Made by a program: the position numbers and the translations under genes. 64,000 bases of DNA from a bacterium (GTDB taxonomy: Bacteria; Patescibacteriota; Patescibacteriia; Patescibacteriales; UBA12465). Below, one piece after another: positions 8,127 through 17,817 of this stretch. A model generated the notes under the pieces. It searched no databases, was not told where the DNA came from, and saw nothing but the letters and a program-made list of their open reading frames with translations. Location: NCBI GenBank assembly GCA_035400585.1, contig DAOMZR010000001.1, forward strand, positions 63,347-127,346, read 5' to 3'. How positions within the stretch are numbered: the stretch's first letter is position 1; each line of letters starts with the position of its first letter.

Positions 8127-10409
8127 ATGAAAGAAAATAAAAAAATATTAATATTTTCCACTGCTTATTTTCCTTTTGTGGGAGGAGCTGAGGTAGCCGT
8201 TAAAGAAATCACTAATCGTCTTGGCGATGATTTTTCTTTTGATTTAATAACTGCCAAAATGAAAAAAGATTTGCCCAGATTGGAACGAATTGGGCAAGTT
8301 AATGTTTATAGATTGGGTATTGGTCATCCTTTATTTGATAAGCTTTTTTTGGCTTTTTTTGGCTGGATTAAAGCTAAAAAACTACATAAACAAAATAACT
8401 ATTTATTTTCTTGGGCGATTATGGCTAGCTTTGGAGGGTTGTCGGCCTTATTTTTTAAAAAAAGATGCAAGGTTCCTTTGTTTTTGACTTTGCAGGAAGG
8501 CGATGATCTAGAATATATTAAGAAAAAAAGTTCTTATATCAGAAAAAGTTTCTTAGAAATTTTTTCTCAAGCTGATTTTATACAAGTAATTAGTAGTTTT
8601 TTAAAACATTGGGCAGTCAGAAATGGGGCGGAATCAGAAATTAGAATAATTCCTAATGGAGTTGATTTTTTAAAATTTAAAAGGGATGAAAATTTTAAAA
8701 GAGATGAATTTAGAAAACAGCTAGGCTTTGGTGAAAATGATAAGTTGATAATAACCACATCTAGGTTGGTTAAAAAAAATGGAGTCAAAGATTTACTCAA
8801 AAGTTTGTCTTATTTAGAAAATGAATTTAAGTTTTTGATATTAGGAGAAGGTGAAGAAAAAGATGATTTACTTAAGTTGGCTGAAGAATTAAATTTAAAA
8901 AACAGGGTCTATTTTTTGGGAACGATTAGCCATCAAGAATTACCAAAATATCTTTGGGTTAGTGATGTTTTTTGTCGTCCATCATTATCAGAAGGTTTGG
9001 GTAATTCTTTTTTAGAGGCCATGGCCGCTGGAATTCCAGTTGTAGCCACTGAAGTTGGCGGTATTCCTGATTTTTTGTGCCATGGAGAAAATGGTTTATT
9101 TTGTGAGACAGAAAATCCTAAAAGCATTGCTGATCAAATCAAACAAATTTTTAAGGATGAAGATTTGAGAGTAAAAATAATTAAAAACGGAATAAAGACA
9201 ATCCAAGAAATTTATACTTGGGATTTGGTGGCTAGTCGGATGTCTAAGGCTTTTTCCGATTTGAGAGAAAAAAATAGAGAAAGAAAAATAAGCATTTTAA
9301 TTGCTACCGGAATTTTTCCACCCGACATTGGTGGGCCAGCAACTTATAGTAAATTGCTTTTAAAAGAACTACCTAAAAGAAATTTCAATGTTTCACTTTT
9401 AAGTTTCTCCCATTTTAGGGATAAATATCCTAAAATAATTAGTCATTTTTTATATTTTTTAAATATTTTAAAATTAGGCAGAAAAGTAGAAATAATTTAT
9501 GTTCAAGATCCGGTCAGTGTTGGTTTGCCAGTAGCGTTAGCTAATATTTTTTTGAATAAAAAAATGATACTTAAGGTTGTTGGTGATTATGCTTGGGAGC
9601 AGGGATCTCAAAGATTCGGAGTTAAGGATTTTTTAGATGATTTCTCTGTAAAATATAACGATTATTCTTGGCCGGTTAAAATTTTAAAAAAGATTCAACT
9701 TTTTTCAGCTAGAAGGGCTAAAAACATAGTTGTTCCTAGTAATTATTTAAAAAAAATAGTTTCTAATTGGGGAGTTAATCCTGATAAAATAAAAGTTATT
9801 TATAATGCTTTCGATGGTATTAATTGTGATTTTAGCAAAGAGGAAGCAAGAAGAGAACTGAAACTTGATTTTGATGATAAAATTATAATTAGTTCCGGTC
9901 GTTTGGTTCCTTGGAAGGGCTTTGATGTTTTAATTAAGGCTTTCAAAAACTTTAATGATAAATGTTCAAAATCAAAATTATTAATAGCTGGTGAGGGAGG
10001 AGAAAGAGAAAATTTACTCAATTTAATTAAAGATTTAAAATTAGAAAATAAAGTAATTTTGCTAGGCAGATTAGATAGGAATTTGCTGATGAAATATTTG
10101 AAAACCAGCGATTTGTTTGTTTTAAACACGTCTTATGAGGGATTTTCTCACCAATTGCTGGAAGTAATGGCCTTAGGTTTACCACTTTTAACAACCAGAG
10201 TGGGTGGTAATGTTGAACTAGTAACTGACAGAGAAAATGGATTATTTTTTGATTTTAATGATTTAAATAAAATAAATGAATTAATGTTTGAATTCTTTGC
10301 TGATTCGGTTTTGCGTTATAAACTTTCAGAAAATTCTAAAAAGAGAATTGAGGACTTTACGGAGTATAAAATGTTAGATAGTTTAAATAATTTTTTAAGA
10401 AATATATAA
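8127..10409 (+). CDS. Fused double GT4 glycosyltransferase (two complete catalytic modules)
   Basis: Module 1 has FPFVGGAEVAV ... SLSEGLGNSFLEAMAAGIPVVATEVGGIPDFL. Module 2 has PPDIGGPATYS ... SYEGFSHQLLEVMALGLPLLTTRVGGNVELV. Confidence 0.85.
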   Translation: MKENKKILIFSTAYFPFVGGAEVAVKEITNRLGDDFSFDLITAKMKKDLPRLERIGQVNVYRLGIGHPLFDKLFLAFFGWIKAKKLHKQNNYLFSWAIMASFGGLSALFFKKRCKVPLFLTLQEGDDLEYIKKKSSYIRKSFLEIFSQADFIQVISSFLKHWAVRNGAESEIRIIPNGVDFLKFKRDENFKRDEFRKQLGFGENDKLIITTSRLVKKNGVKDLLKSLSYLENEFKFLILGEGEEKDDLLKLAEELNLKNRVYFLGTISHQELPKYLWVSDVFCRPSLSEGLGNSFLEAMAAGIPVVATEVGGIPDFLCHGENGLFCETENPKSIADQIKQIFKDEDLRVKIIKNGIKTIQEIYTWDLVASRMSKAFSDLREKNRERKISILIATGIFPPDIGGPATYSKLLLKELPKRNFNVSLLSFSHFRDKYPKIISHFLYFLNILKLGRKVEIIYVQDPVSVGLPVALANIFLNKKMILKVVGDYAWEQGSQRFGVKDFLDDFSVKYNDYSWPVKILKKIQLFSARRAKNIVVPSNYLKKIVSNWGVNPDKIKVIYNAFDGINCDFSKEEARRELKLDFDDKIIISSGRLVPWKGFDVLIKAFKNFNDKCSKSKLLIAGEGGERENLLNLIKDLKLENKVILLGRLDRNLLMKYLKTSDLFVLNTSYEGFSHQLLEVMALGLPLLTTRVGGNVELVTDRENGLFFDFNDLNKINELMFEFFADSVLRYKLSENSKKRIEDFTEYKMLDSLNNFLRNI

Positions 10410-10412
10410 GTT

Positions 10413-11516
10413 ATGAATATTTTGAGTTTAAGTAGTGATAAAACTTTTTTTGATAAAAATTCGGATACCTTTAATAGGATAAAAGAATATTCTAAACTAG
10501 TAAATCAGGTTGTGGTGGTTGTTTTTAATCAAAAAAAAGAATATTTAGAGATTGATAATAAAATTTTTATTTATTCCATTAAAAGTAAAAATATTTTTTG
10601 TGGTTTTATTAAATCAATTTTTTTTGCTTTTTTTATTAAAAGAAAACATAAAATAGATGTTGTTACTTCTCAAGATCCATTTTTAAATGGATTCGCTTCT
10701 TTAATTTTTAGTAAAATAATTGGAGCTAAACTGCTTTGTTCTGTTTATGGAACAAATATCTTTGATTCCTATTGGAGTAGTAAAAAATCCTTGTTTTTTA
10801 AAAGGTTGCTAGCCAAATTTGTTTTTAAAAACAGCCACGCTATTCAGGCTGATGGTCTGGAGGCTATTGATGATTTAAAAAAGAAATATGGCGACAAGGT
10901 TTTTTGGAAACCAATGATACCTTACAATATTAAAGATTTTTTTAAAGACAAAATAAGTCATTCTGAAATTAATATTATTTATGTTGGTAGAATGGTTGAA
11001 CAAAAAAATATTCCATTATTAATTGATATCTTGGAAAAAGTAGTGGGCGATAATCGGGGAATTAATTTTAGATTTAAGATAGTCGGTCAGGGACCATTTT
11101 TAAATTATTTTCAAGAACAAATAAAATTAAGAAAGATCGATGGTTTTATTGATTTTCACAAATCTTTAAATAGGGATGAAATAGTAGATCTTTTTTTGAG
11201 GGGTGATTTTTTTATTTTATGTTCAAGATTTGAAGGATTTCCCCGTGTTTTTATGGAATCAGCTGCTTCAGCCTTGCCGGTTGTAACCACCAGAGTCGGA
11301 GGAATTAAGGGTATTTTGAAGGATGGAGAAAATTCTTTTATTATTGAACAGGGTGATTTTTCTGGTTTTGTTGATAGGGTTAATTTATTAATAAGAGATA
11401 ATGATTTAAGGAAAAAAATGTCAGAGGCTATTAAAAATAATTTTAGAAATAATTATAGTTTTGAATTGACCATCGATAGTCAAAAAAAGATATTCGATTA
11501 TTTAGAGGCTTTATGA
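10413..11516 (+). CDS. Glycosyltransferase, GT4 family
   Basis: CSRFEGFPRVFMESAASALPVVTTRVGGIKGIL. The TGA stop overlaps the next start (ATGA). Confidence 0.8.
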   Translation: MNILSLSSDKTFFDKNSDTFNRIKEYSKLVNQVVVVVFNQKKEYLEIDNKIFIYSIKSKNIFCGFIKSIFFAFFIKRKHKIDVVTSQDPFLNGFASLIFSKIIGAKLLCSVYGTNIFDSYWSSKKSLFFKRLLAKFVFKNSHAIQADGLEAIDDLKKKYGDKVFWKPMIPYNIKDFFKDKISHSEINIIYVGRMVEQKNIPLLIDILEKVVGDNRGINFRFKIVGQGPFLNYFQEQIKLRKIDGFIDFHKSLNRDEIVDLFLRGDFFILCSRFEGFPRVFMESAASALPVVTTRVGGIKGILKDGENSFIIEQGDFSGFVDRVNLLIRDNDLRKKMSEAIKNNFRNNYSFELTIDSQKKIFDYLEAL

Positions 11517-12580
11517 ATTTATTAATACTAACTCAAAAAGTAGATAAAAACGATAGCAATCTCGGTTTTTTTCATCGATGGTTGGAGGAATTTTCAAAAA
11601 AATGTGAAAAAATCACAGTTATTTGTCTTTATAAAGGAGAATGTGGCTTGCCTGAGAATGTTAAAGTTTTATCTTTGGGCAAAGAAAAGGGGATTTGTCG
11701 TCTAAAATATTTATTTAATTTTTATAAATACATTTTTAAATATAGAAAAGAATACGACAGTGTTTTTGTGCATATGAATCAGATTTATATTATTTTAGGG
11801 GGTTTTTGGTGGAAAATGATGAATAAGAAAATTGCTTTGTGGTATGCTCATGGTGGTATCAGCAATTCCCTAAAGATAGCCAAAAAAATAACTGACATCA
11901 TTTTTACTTCAACTTCTTCTGGTTTTAGATTAAAAAGTGACAAAATAAAAATAGTAGGGCAGGGAATAGATACAAATATTTTCAAATCTAACAAGGAGAG
12001 AAGAGATAAAAATATTTTTAAAATTATTACTGTTGGCAGAATATCACCAGTCAAAGATTATGAAACTTTGATTTCTGCCGTTGAAATAACTAAAAATAAG
12101 ATAGACAATTTAAAAGTAGATATTGTTGGCGATGCTTGCACCGAAAATGACAAAAAATATTTATTAAAATTAAAAGAGATGGTTAAGATTAAAAATTTAG
12201 AAAATATTATTAATTTCGTTGGTCCGCTTATTAATGAAAAAGTAGTTTCTTATTTACAATCTTCTAATTTGTTTGTTAATATGAGTTATACTGGTAGCCT
12301 AGATAAAGCCATACTTGAGGCTATGTCCTGTGGTTGTTTGGTTCTTACTTGTAATGAAGCTTTTTTAGCCCTAGATCTGGAAGATAAAGGAAACTTAATG
12401 TTTACAAAAAGTGATTTTCAAGAGTTGGCCGATAAAATATTAAAACATTATTCTATGTCAGAAATAGATAGAAATAATTTAGAATCTTATCTTTCTGCAA
12501 ATATAAAAGAAAATTTTTCTCTTTATTTATTAATTAATAAAATAATTAAAAATTATGCTCTCAATAATCAGGGATCTTGA
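11513..12580 (+). CDS. Glycosyltransferase, GT4-like
   Basis: MSYTGSLDKAILEAMSCGCLVLTCNEAF in the C-terminal Rossmann half. Its position in the cluster supports the call. Confidence 0.7.
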   Translation: MNLLILTQKVDKNDSNLGFFHRWLEEFSKKCEKITVICLYKGECGLPENVKVLSLGKEKGICRLKYLFNFYKYIFKYRKEYDSVFVHMNQIYIILGGFWWKMMNKKIALWYAHGGISNSLKIAKKITDIIFTSTSSGFRLKSDKIKIVGQGIDTNIFKSNKERRDKNIFKIITVGRISPVKDYETLISAVEITKNKIDNLKVDIVGDACTENDKKYLLKLKEMVKIKNLENIINFVGPLINEKVVSYLQSSNLFVNMSYTGSLDKAILEAMSCGCLVLTCNEAFLALDLEDKGNLMFTKSDFQELADKILKHYSMSEIDRNNLESYLSANIKENFSLYLLINKIIKNYALNNQGS

Positions 12581-13178
12581 ATATAAAAAAATATCCGATC
12601 TAGAGTTGTTTGGTAAAATTTTAGACTTAGGGGGGAGTAAAAAATCCGGCTACCATAATTTAATTAAAGGTAATCATGAAATTACAACGGTGAATATAAA
12701 TACTGATTATGGCTGTGATCTTGTTTTTGATATAGAAAAAAAATTTCCTATTGGCGATAGTAGTTTTGATAATATTTTTCTTATAAATGTTTTGGAACAT
12801 ATTTATAACTTTGAAAATGTTTTTTTAGAATCTAATCGAATTTTAAAAAAGGGTGGTTGTATTTATGCAGCAACCCCATTTATGCATCAAATTCATGGAT
12901 CGCCAAACGATTTTTTTAGATACTCAAAATCTGCAATAGAAAAAATTGCAAAAAATTACGGCTTTGAGGTTATAAAACTGGAAGAATTAGGTTTTGGTTT
13001 TTTATCTCTTGGTTATCAAACGTTTTTTATTGGTTTTATCCCAACTATTTTATTAAAAAGATTGTTCAAAAGTTTTTTTATTTTTATAGATAAAATAATT
13101 TTAAAATATTCATCAAAATATCGTCGTTGGAGCAGAAACAATCCTCTTGGTTATTGGTTTATAATTAAAAAAATATAA
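12555..13178 (+). CDS. Class I SAM-dependent methyltransferase (type 11-like)
   Basis: ILDLGGSKKSGY ... FLINVLEHI ... LKKGG motifs. It overlaps the upstream gene by 26 nt. Confidence 0.65.
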   Translation: MLSIIRDLEYKKISDLELFGKILDLGGSKKSGYHNLIKGNHEITTVNINTDYGCDLVFDIEKKFPIGDSSFDNIFLINVLEHIYNFENVFLESNRILKKGGCIYAATPFMHQIHGSPNDFFRYSKSAIEKIAKNYGFEVIKLEELGFGFLSLGYQTFFIGFIPTILLKRLFKSFFIFIDKIILKYSSKYRRWSRNNPLGYWFIIKKI

Positions 13179-13184
13179 GTTTAC

Positions 13185-14285
13185 ATGAGAATGATTTATT
13201 GTACATCTATAACTTTTCCTTCCACTTTGGCTAATAGAATCCAAATTATTAATATGTCCGCCGAATTTCAAAAGATTTTAGGAAAAAATTTTTATTTAGG
13301 ATGTAATAATTTTGATTTAAGTAAAAATAAGTATAATATCAATATTGTTAATTTTTATAGCAAAAAAGCATTATTTTTATCCTTAAAGTATTTGTTTTTT
13401 TGTAAAAAAAATAAAATTAATCATATCTATTGTCGAGAAAACAGACTTTTGTTCTTTTTAATTATTTTTAATAAGATTTTTTTTCGTTTAAATATTAAAT
13501 ATGTTTATGGTGTTCACTGGCTTGGCGCTAATAAAGTTGATTTTTATATTGATAGATTTTTAATAAATTATATTAATCATTTTGTTTTTATAACGAATTG
13601 TTTAAAAAATTCTTTTTTTAAAGCTCACATTAAAAAAGAAAATTCATTTTCTTTTATCATTAGTCCGGATGGTGTTAATGTCAATAATTTTTCTTTCAAC
13701 TTAAATAAAAATGATATAAAAAGTTTACTGTGTTTACCAATTGACAAAAAAATAATTTTATACTCAGGTAGTTTAAAAGTATATGATTGGAAGGGCGTTG
13801 ATATTTTTTTGGAGTCAATAAAATTTTTTAGTGAAAATTATTATTTTGTCATGGTTGGAGGAAGAGAAAGCAGTGTTGAGTCAATAAAAAGCAAGTATGA
13901 TTATAAAAATTTATTTTTAACTGGATATATTAGCCACGAAAAGGTTCCGTTGTATTTAAAATCGGCTGACGTTTTGATTTTGCCCAATAAAAGAGGTAAT
14001 ATAATATCAGAATGTTACACATCGCCTTTAAAGCTTTTTGAATATATGGCATCTGGTGTGCCAATAATAGCCTCTGATTTACCGTCCATTAGGGAGATAT
14101 TAAATAAAGATAATAGTTTTTTATTTGAAGCTAATAATGTTAATAATTTGTCAGAAAAAATAAATTTTGTTTTAGAAAATGAAGATGAAGCAGAAAAAAG
14201 AGCAAAAAAAGCACTCGAAGATGTGAAAAAATATACATGGAAAAAGAGAGCTGAAAATATAATAAATTTTATAAAAAATAATTGA
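13185..14285 (+). CDS. Glycosyltransferase, GT4 family
   Basis: TSPLKLFEYMASGVPIIASDLPSIREIL, with a VGGRES Rossmann half. Confidence 0.75.
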   Translation: MRMIYCTSITFPSTLANRIQIINMSAEFQKILGKNFYLGCNNFDLSKNKYNINIVNFYSKKALFLSLKYLFFCKKNKINHIYCRENRLLFFLIIFNKIFFRLNIKYVYGVHWLGANKVDFYIDRFLINYINHFVFITNCLKNSFFKAHIKKENSFSFIISPDGVNVNNFSFNLNKNDIKSLLCLPIDKKIILYSGSLKVYDWKGVDIFLESIKFFSENYYFVMVGGRESSVESIKSKYDYKNLFLTGYISHEKVPLYLKSADVLILPNKRGNIISECYTSPLKLFEYMASGVPIIASDLPSIREILNKDNSFLFEANNVNNLSEKINFVLENEDEAEKRAKKALEDVKKYTWKKRAENIINFIKNN

Positions 14286-14295
14286 AATATAAGTT

Positions 14296-15075
14296 ATGAT
14301 TTTATTTACAAAAATCAAGAGATTGTTGAAAGTAATAAATTATTCTTTTGTTTTATCCGGAGATTTTGTTTCTTTTTTTCTTTTTTTGTTTTTATTTTTT
14401 TCTTTTAAATTTTTTAATAAATTTAAGGGAATTAAAGTAAAAATGAAGTTTAAAGGTAAGAAATTTAATTTTTATATAACCGATAGATCGGATTTAAGCA
14501 TAATAGAAGAAATGTTTGTTATGGAGGAATATAAAATAGAAAATATAAATCCATCAATTATTTTTGACATAGGTTCAAACGTCGGATTGTCAGCTATTTA
14601 TTTTTCTTTAAAATATCCAGGCTCCAAAATATATGCTTTTGAGCCAAATAAAAAAACATTTTTGAAAATGAAGAGAAATGTTGGCAGTTTTAATAATATT
14701 GAGATTTTTAATTGGGCTGTAGCTGATCATGATGGACAAGTTGAGTTTTTTGAAAATGAAAGAAGTATGTCGTCTTCCATAATTAAAAGAAGTGAAAAAC
14801 AAGAAGCTGTTTTAGTTGATTGTTATAAATTAGATTCTATTCTTGAAAAACTAAATATAGAAAAGATTGATTTATTGAAATTTGATGTTGAAGGATTTGA
14901 ATATAATGTTTTTAGTACGTTTACTAAGTGGAATAAAGTTGACTATTTTATTGGCGAGGTTCATTTAGATTTAATGAAAGAAAATTTAAACCAATTTACT
15001 GATTTGTTTGTTAATTATAAAATTGATTTACATAAAAACTCCGAAAAAAGATTCGTTTTAAGAGCTAAAAAATAA
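14296..15075 (+). CDS. FkbM-family methyltransferase
   Basis: FDIGSNVGLSAIYF ... AFEPNKKTF ... NWAVADHDGQVEFF ... DLLKFDVEGFEYNVF. Confidence 0.75.
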   Translation: MILFTKIKRLLKVINYSFVLSGDFVSFFLFLFLFFSFKFFNKFKGIKVKMKFKGKKFNFYITDRSDLSIIEEMFVMEEYKIENINPSIIFDIGSNVGLSAIYFSLKYPGSKIYAFEPNKKTFLKMKRNVGSFNNIEIFNWAVADHDGQVEFFENERSMSSSIIKRSEKQEAVLVDCYKLDSILEKLNIEKIDLLKFDVEGFEYNVFSTFTKWNKVDYFIGEVHLDLMKENLNQFTDLFVNYKIDLHKNSEKRFVLRAKK

Positions 15076-15083
15076 TATTTATT

Positions 15084-15554
15084 ATGTTTTTAAGTATTTA
15101 TAAAAAATTTTTTTATTTAAAAATTAAGCTGAGAACTTTTTATTGGAAAAGGCTTTTTAGCTCTTTTGGTTTGGGTTCTAAAGTCTTTGGTAAAATAATT
15201 GTTTATAATCCGGAAAACGTTAGCATTGGATTTTGCTCTACTTTAAATTACGGCGTTTTTTTAAATGCCAGAGACAAGATAATTATAGGGGATCATGTTC
15301 ACATATCCCCCTATGTAATTATAAATACCGGTTATTTGAACTATAAAATGATTGGACTTGAAAGAGTCCATTTAAAAGGAGTTGTCGTTATAAAAAATGG
15401 AGCTTGGATAGGTTCAAATGTTATAATAAATCCAGGAGTTATTATAGGTGAAAATTTTGTAATAGGTGCTGGGGCTGTGGTTACAAAAGATGTTCCTGAT
15501 AATTCCATCTCTGTTGGTGTTCCGGCGGAAGTTAAGAAAAAAATAAATGATTAA
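15084..15554 (+). CDS. Hexapeptide-repeat (LbH) sugar O-acetyltransferase
   Basis: GAWIGSNVIINPGVIIGENFVIGAGAVVTKDVPDNSISVGVPA. Confidence 0.8.
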   Translation: MFLSIYKKFFYLKIKLRTFYWKRLFSSFGLGSKVFGKIIVYNPENVSIGFCSTLNYGVFLNARDKIIIGDHVHISPYVIINTGYLNYKMIGLERVHLKGVVVIKNGAWIGSNVIINPGVIIGENFVIGAGAVVTKDVPDNSISVGVPAEVKKKIND

Positions 15555-16801
15555 TTTTTATTCATTATTTTTAGAACCAATAAGTTAAAGCAGTAATTTA
15601 TTATTTTAGCTATTACAGCACCCATAATATTAAACTTATATATTAACAATGAGTTTGTTATTATACTAAAAATTGGAGTTATAATATTAAATTTATATAA
15701 CATTTTTGTTTTTTTATCAGCCTGAAGTATAGATGTTAATACAAATATTGGTCCAGCCAGCACTAAAGACAATGAGAATACTTGAGAAAAAAATATTGAT
15801 TCTCTGTATTCCGGAAAGAGGATATTAAAAGCTATAGGAGCCACTAATATATATACCAAAAATAATATGATCAAAATTAAGATCATTTTTATTATTTTTG
15901 GCCATATTTGTTTTTTTGTTTGTTCTAGATTAATTGAGCTAAACTTCGGCAACATTAAAGAATTTGTTACTTTTATCAATCCTTTCATTTGTTCAATTGG
16001 GGCAATTGCTATAGAATATATTGCTAATTCATGAGCGCCAAAGAAATGAAATAATAATAATTTATCTATGTAAAAAGAAAAAGTATTCAAAACCCCCATC
16101 AAACTCAAATGTTTCCCATAAGAAATAGTTTCTGGATCGTTTTCTGTATTAAGCTTATTTTTTAAAAAAGTTATTTTAAAAAAAATTATTCTAAGCAAAG
16201 TATTGATAGTAAAATAAGAGGCTATTATCAAAAAAATATTTTTGGTTAAAAAAATTGCCCCAACCATTACTATCATTGAAACTATTCGAGTAATAATGGT
16301 GTAATTACTTAAAGCTTTGAAATTTTTTTTACCATTTAAGTAAGAGTCGTATATTAAAAGAGAGTCCATAAATGGCACAAAAACAGCCGTTATCAAAAAG
16401 GAAATTGCTAAAGTATTATTTCCTTGAAAATAATAATATCCAGTTAAAATCAGAGATGCTAGCCCTCCCAATAACCCCCATTTAACTTTAGTTTTAAAAG
16501 CTGGCATAACCGATCCTTCATAGCCACGAGCCACAGCCTGTATTATGGCCGTGTTCATTCCAGCTAATGTTGGTATAGCTAGTAGCGAAACTATAGACAT
16601 TATATATTTATAAGTTCCGTAAGTTTCTTTGGGCAGTAAATTGGCAAAGGCTATAGCCAACAAAAAAGACGAGACGCTGGAAACGCCTTGTCCTAAGGTT
16701 AGCCAAAAACCGCCTTTAGCTAAATAAATCATATCGGTTTTGGTCCATTTTTCTGATTTTTTAAGCAGTTTGTAGACTGCTATTTTTATTTTTTCAATCA
16801 T
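15551..16801 (-). CDS. Polysaccharide flippase (Wzx/MOP-superfamily-like)
   Basis: 416 aa polytopic membrane protein with about 12 hydrophobic segments, inside the glycan cluster. The N-terminal pattern resembles polysaccharide biosynthesis protein families. Confidence 0.7.
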   Translation of the reverse strand: MIEKIKIAVYKLLKKSEKWTKTDMIYLAKGGFWLTLGQGVSSVSSFLLAIAFANLLPKETYGTYKYIMSIVSLLAIPTLAGMNTAIIQAVARGYEGSVMPAFKTKVKWGLLGGLASLILTGYYYFQGNNTLAISFLITAVFVPFMDSLLIYDSYLNGKKNFKALSNYTIITRIVSMIVMVGAIFLTKNIFLIIASYFTINTLLRIIFFKITFLKNKLNTENDPETISYGKHLSLMGVLNTFSFYIDKLLLFHFFGAHELAIYSIAIAPIEQMKGLIKVTNSLMLPKFSSINLEQTKKQIWPKIIKMILILIILFLVYILVAPIAFNILFPEYRESIFFSQVFSLSLVLAGPIFVLTSILQADKKTKMLYKFNIITPIFSIITNSLLIYKFNIMGAVIAKIINYCFNLLVLKIMNKN

Positions 16802-16803
16802 TT

Positions 16804-17817
16804 TTATATTTGGTGATATTTCTTATACCAATCAATAAAATTCTCAACCCCTTTTTCAATATTAGTTTGAGGTTTAAAATTCAACATTTTTTCAGCTTTA
16901 GAAATATTAGCAAAAGTTATTTCGACATCTCCTGGTTGGATTGGTTCTAGTTTAATTTTAGCTTTTTTATTTAAAGCTTTTTCTAGTAATTCAATTAAAT
17001 ATTTCACCTCAACTGTCTGTGAATTTCCTAAGTTGAATATTTCATAAGGATAAGCTTTTTCTAAGGATTTAATTATACCATCAACGATATCGTCAATATA
17101 GGTAAAGTCTCGAAGCATCTTGCCGTAGTTAAATAATTTAACCTCACGATTATTAACTATCTCATTGGTAAATAAATACATAGCCATATCAGGACGACTA
17201 CTTGGTCCATAGGCAGTAAAAAATCTTAGTCCAGTACAATTTAAACCAAATAAATGATGATAGTTATGAGCAATTAATTCATTGGCTTTCTTAGTGGCTG
17301 CATATAATGATATGGGATGGTCAACGCTATCTTCCTCACTAAAACCAGTTTCTCTCATTTTATTTTTTCCATAAACCGAAGAACTGGAGGCGTAGATAAA
17401 ATCTTTTATATCAAAATTTCTGGCGCATTCTATGATGTTTATAAATCCTTGTAAATTACTTTGATGATAGGCACCTGGATTCTGCAGTGAATATCTGACT
17501 CCGGCTTGAGCGGCTAGATGGCAAATTTTATCAATTTTATTTTCTTCAAATATTTTTTTTAATTCTTTTTCTTGACTGATATCAGTTTGATAAAATTTAT
17601 AATTATTATATTTTTTTAAAATATTGTTGCGATGATTCTTTAATTTGGGGTCATAATAATCATTAATTGAGTCTAGGCCAACTATCTTTACCCCCATTTC
17701 TAATAGTTTTTGACTAGTATGAAAACCAATAAAACCGGCAGAACCGGTTACTAAAATAGTTTTATTTCTTAAATCATTTTCCATATCTTTTAAATTGTTA
17801 TCGTCCTTCCTGCCCAA
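16804..17817 (-). CDS. NAD-dependent nucleotide-sugar epimerase, UDP-glucuronate 4-epimerase-like
   Basis: ILVTGSAGFIGFH, HLAAQAGVRYSLQNPGAY, ASSSSVYG, LYAATKKANEL, LRFFTAYGPSSRPDMA. Confidence 0.85.
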   Translation of the reverse strand: MGRKDDNNLKDMENDLRNKTILVTGSAGFIGFHTSQKLLEMGVKIVGLDSINDYYDPKLKNHRNNILKKYNNYKFYQTDISQEKELKKIFEENKIDKICHLAAQAGVRYSLQNPGAYHQSNLQGFINIIECARNFDIKDFIYASSSSVYGKNKMRETGFSEEDSVDHPISLYAATKKANELIAHNYHHLFGLNCTGLRFFTAYGPSSRPDMAMYLFTNEIVNNREVKLFNYGKMLRDFTYIDDIVDGIIKSLEKAYPYEIFNLGNSQTVEVKYLIELLEKALNKKAKIKLEPIQPGDVEITFANISKAEKMLNFKPQTNIEKGVENFIDWYKKYHQI

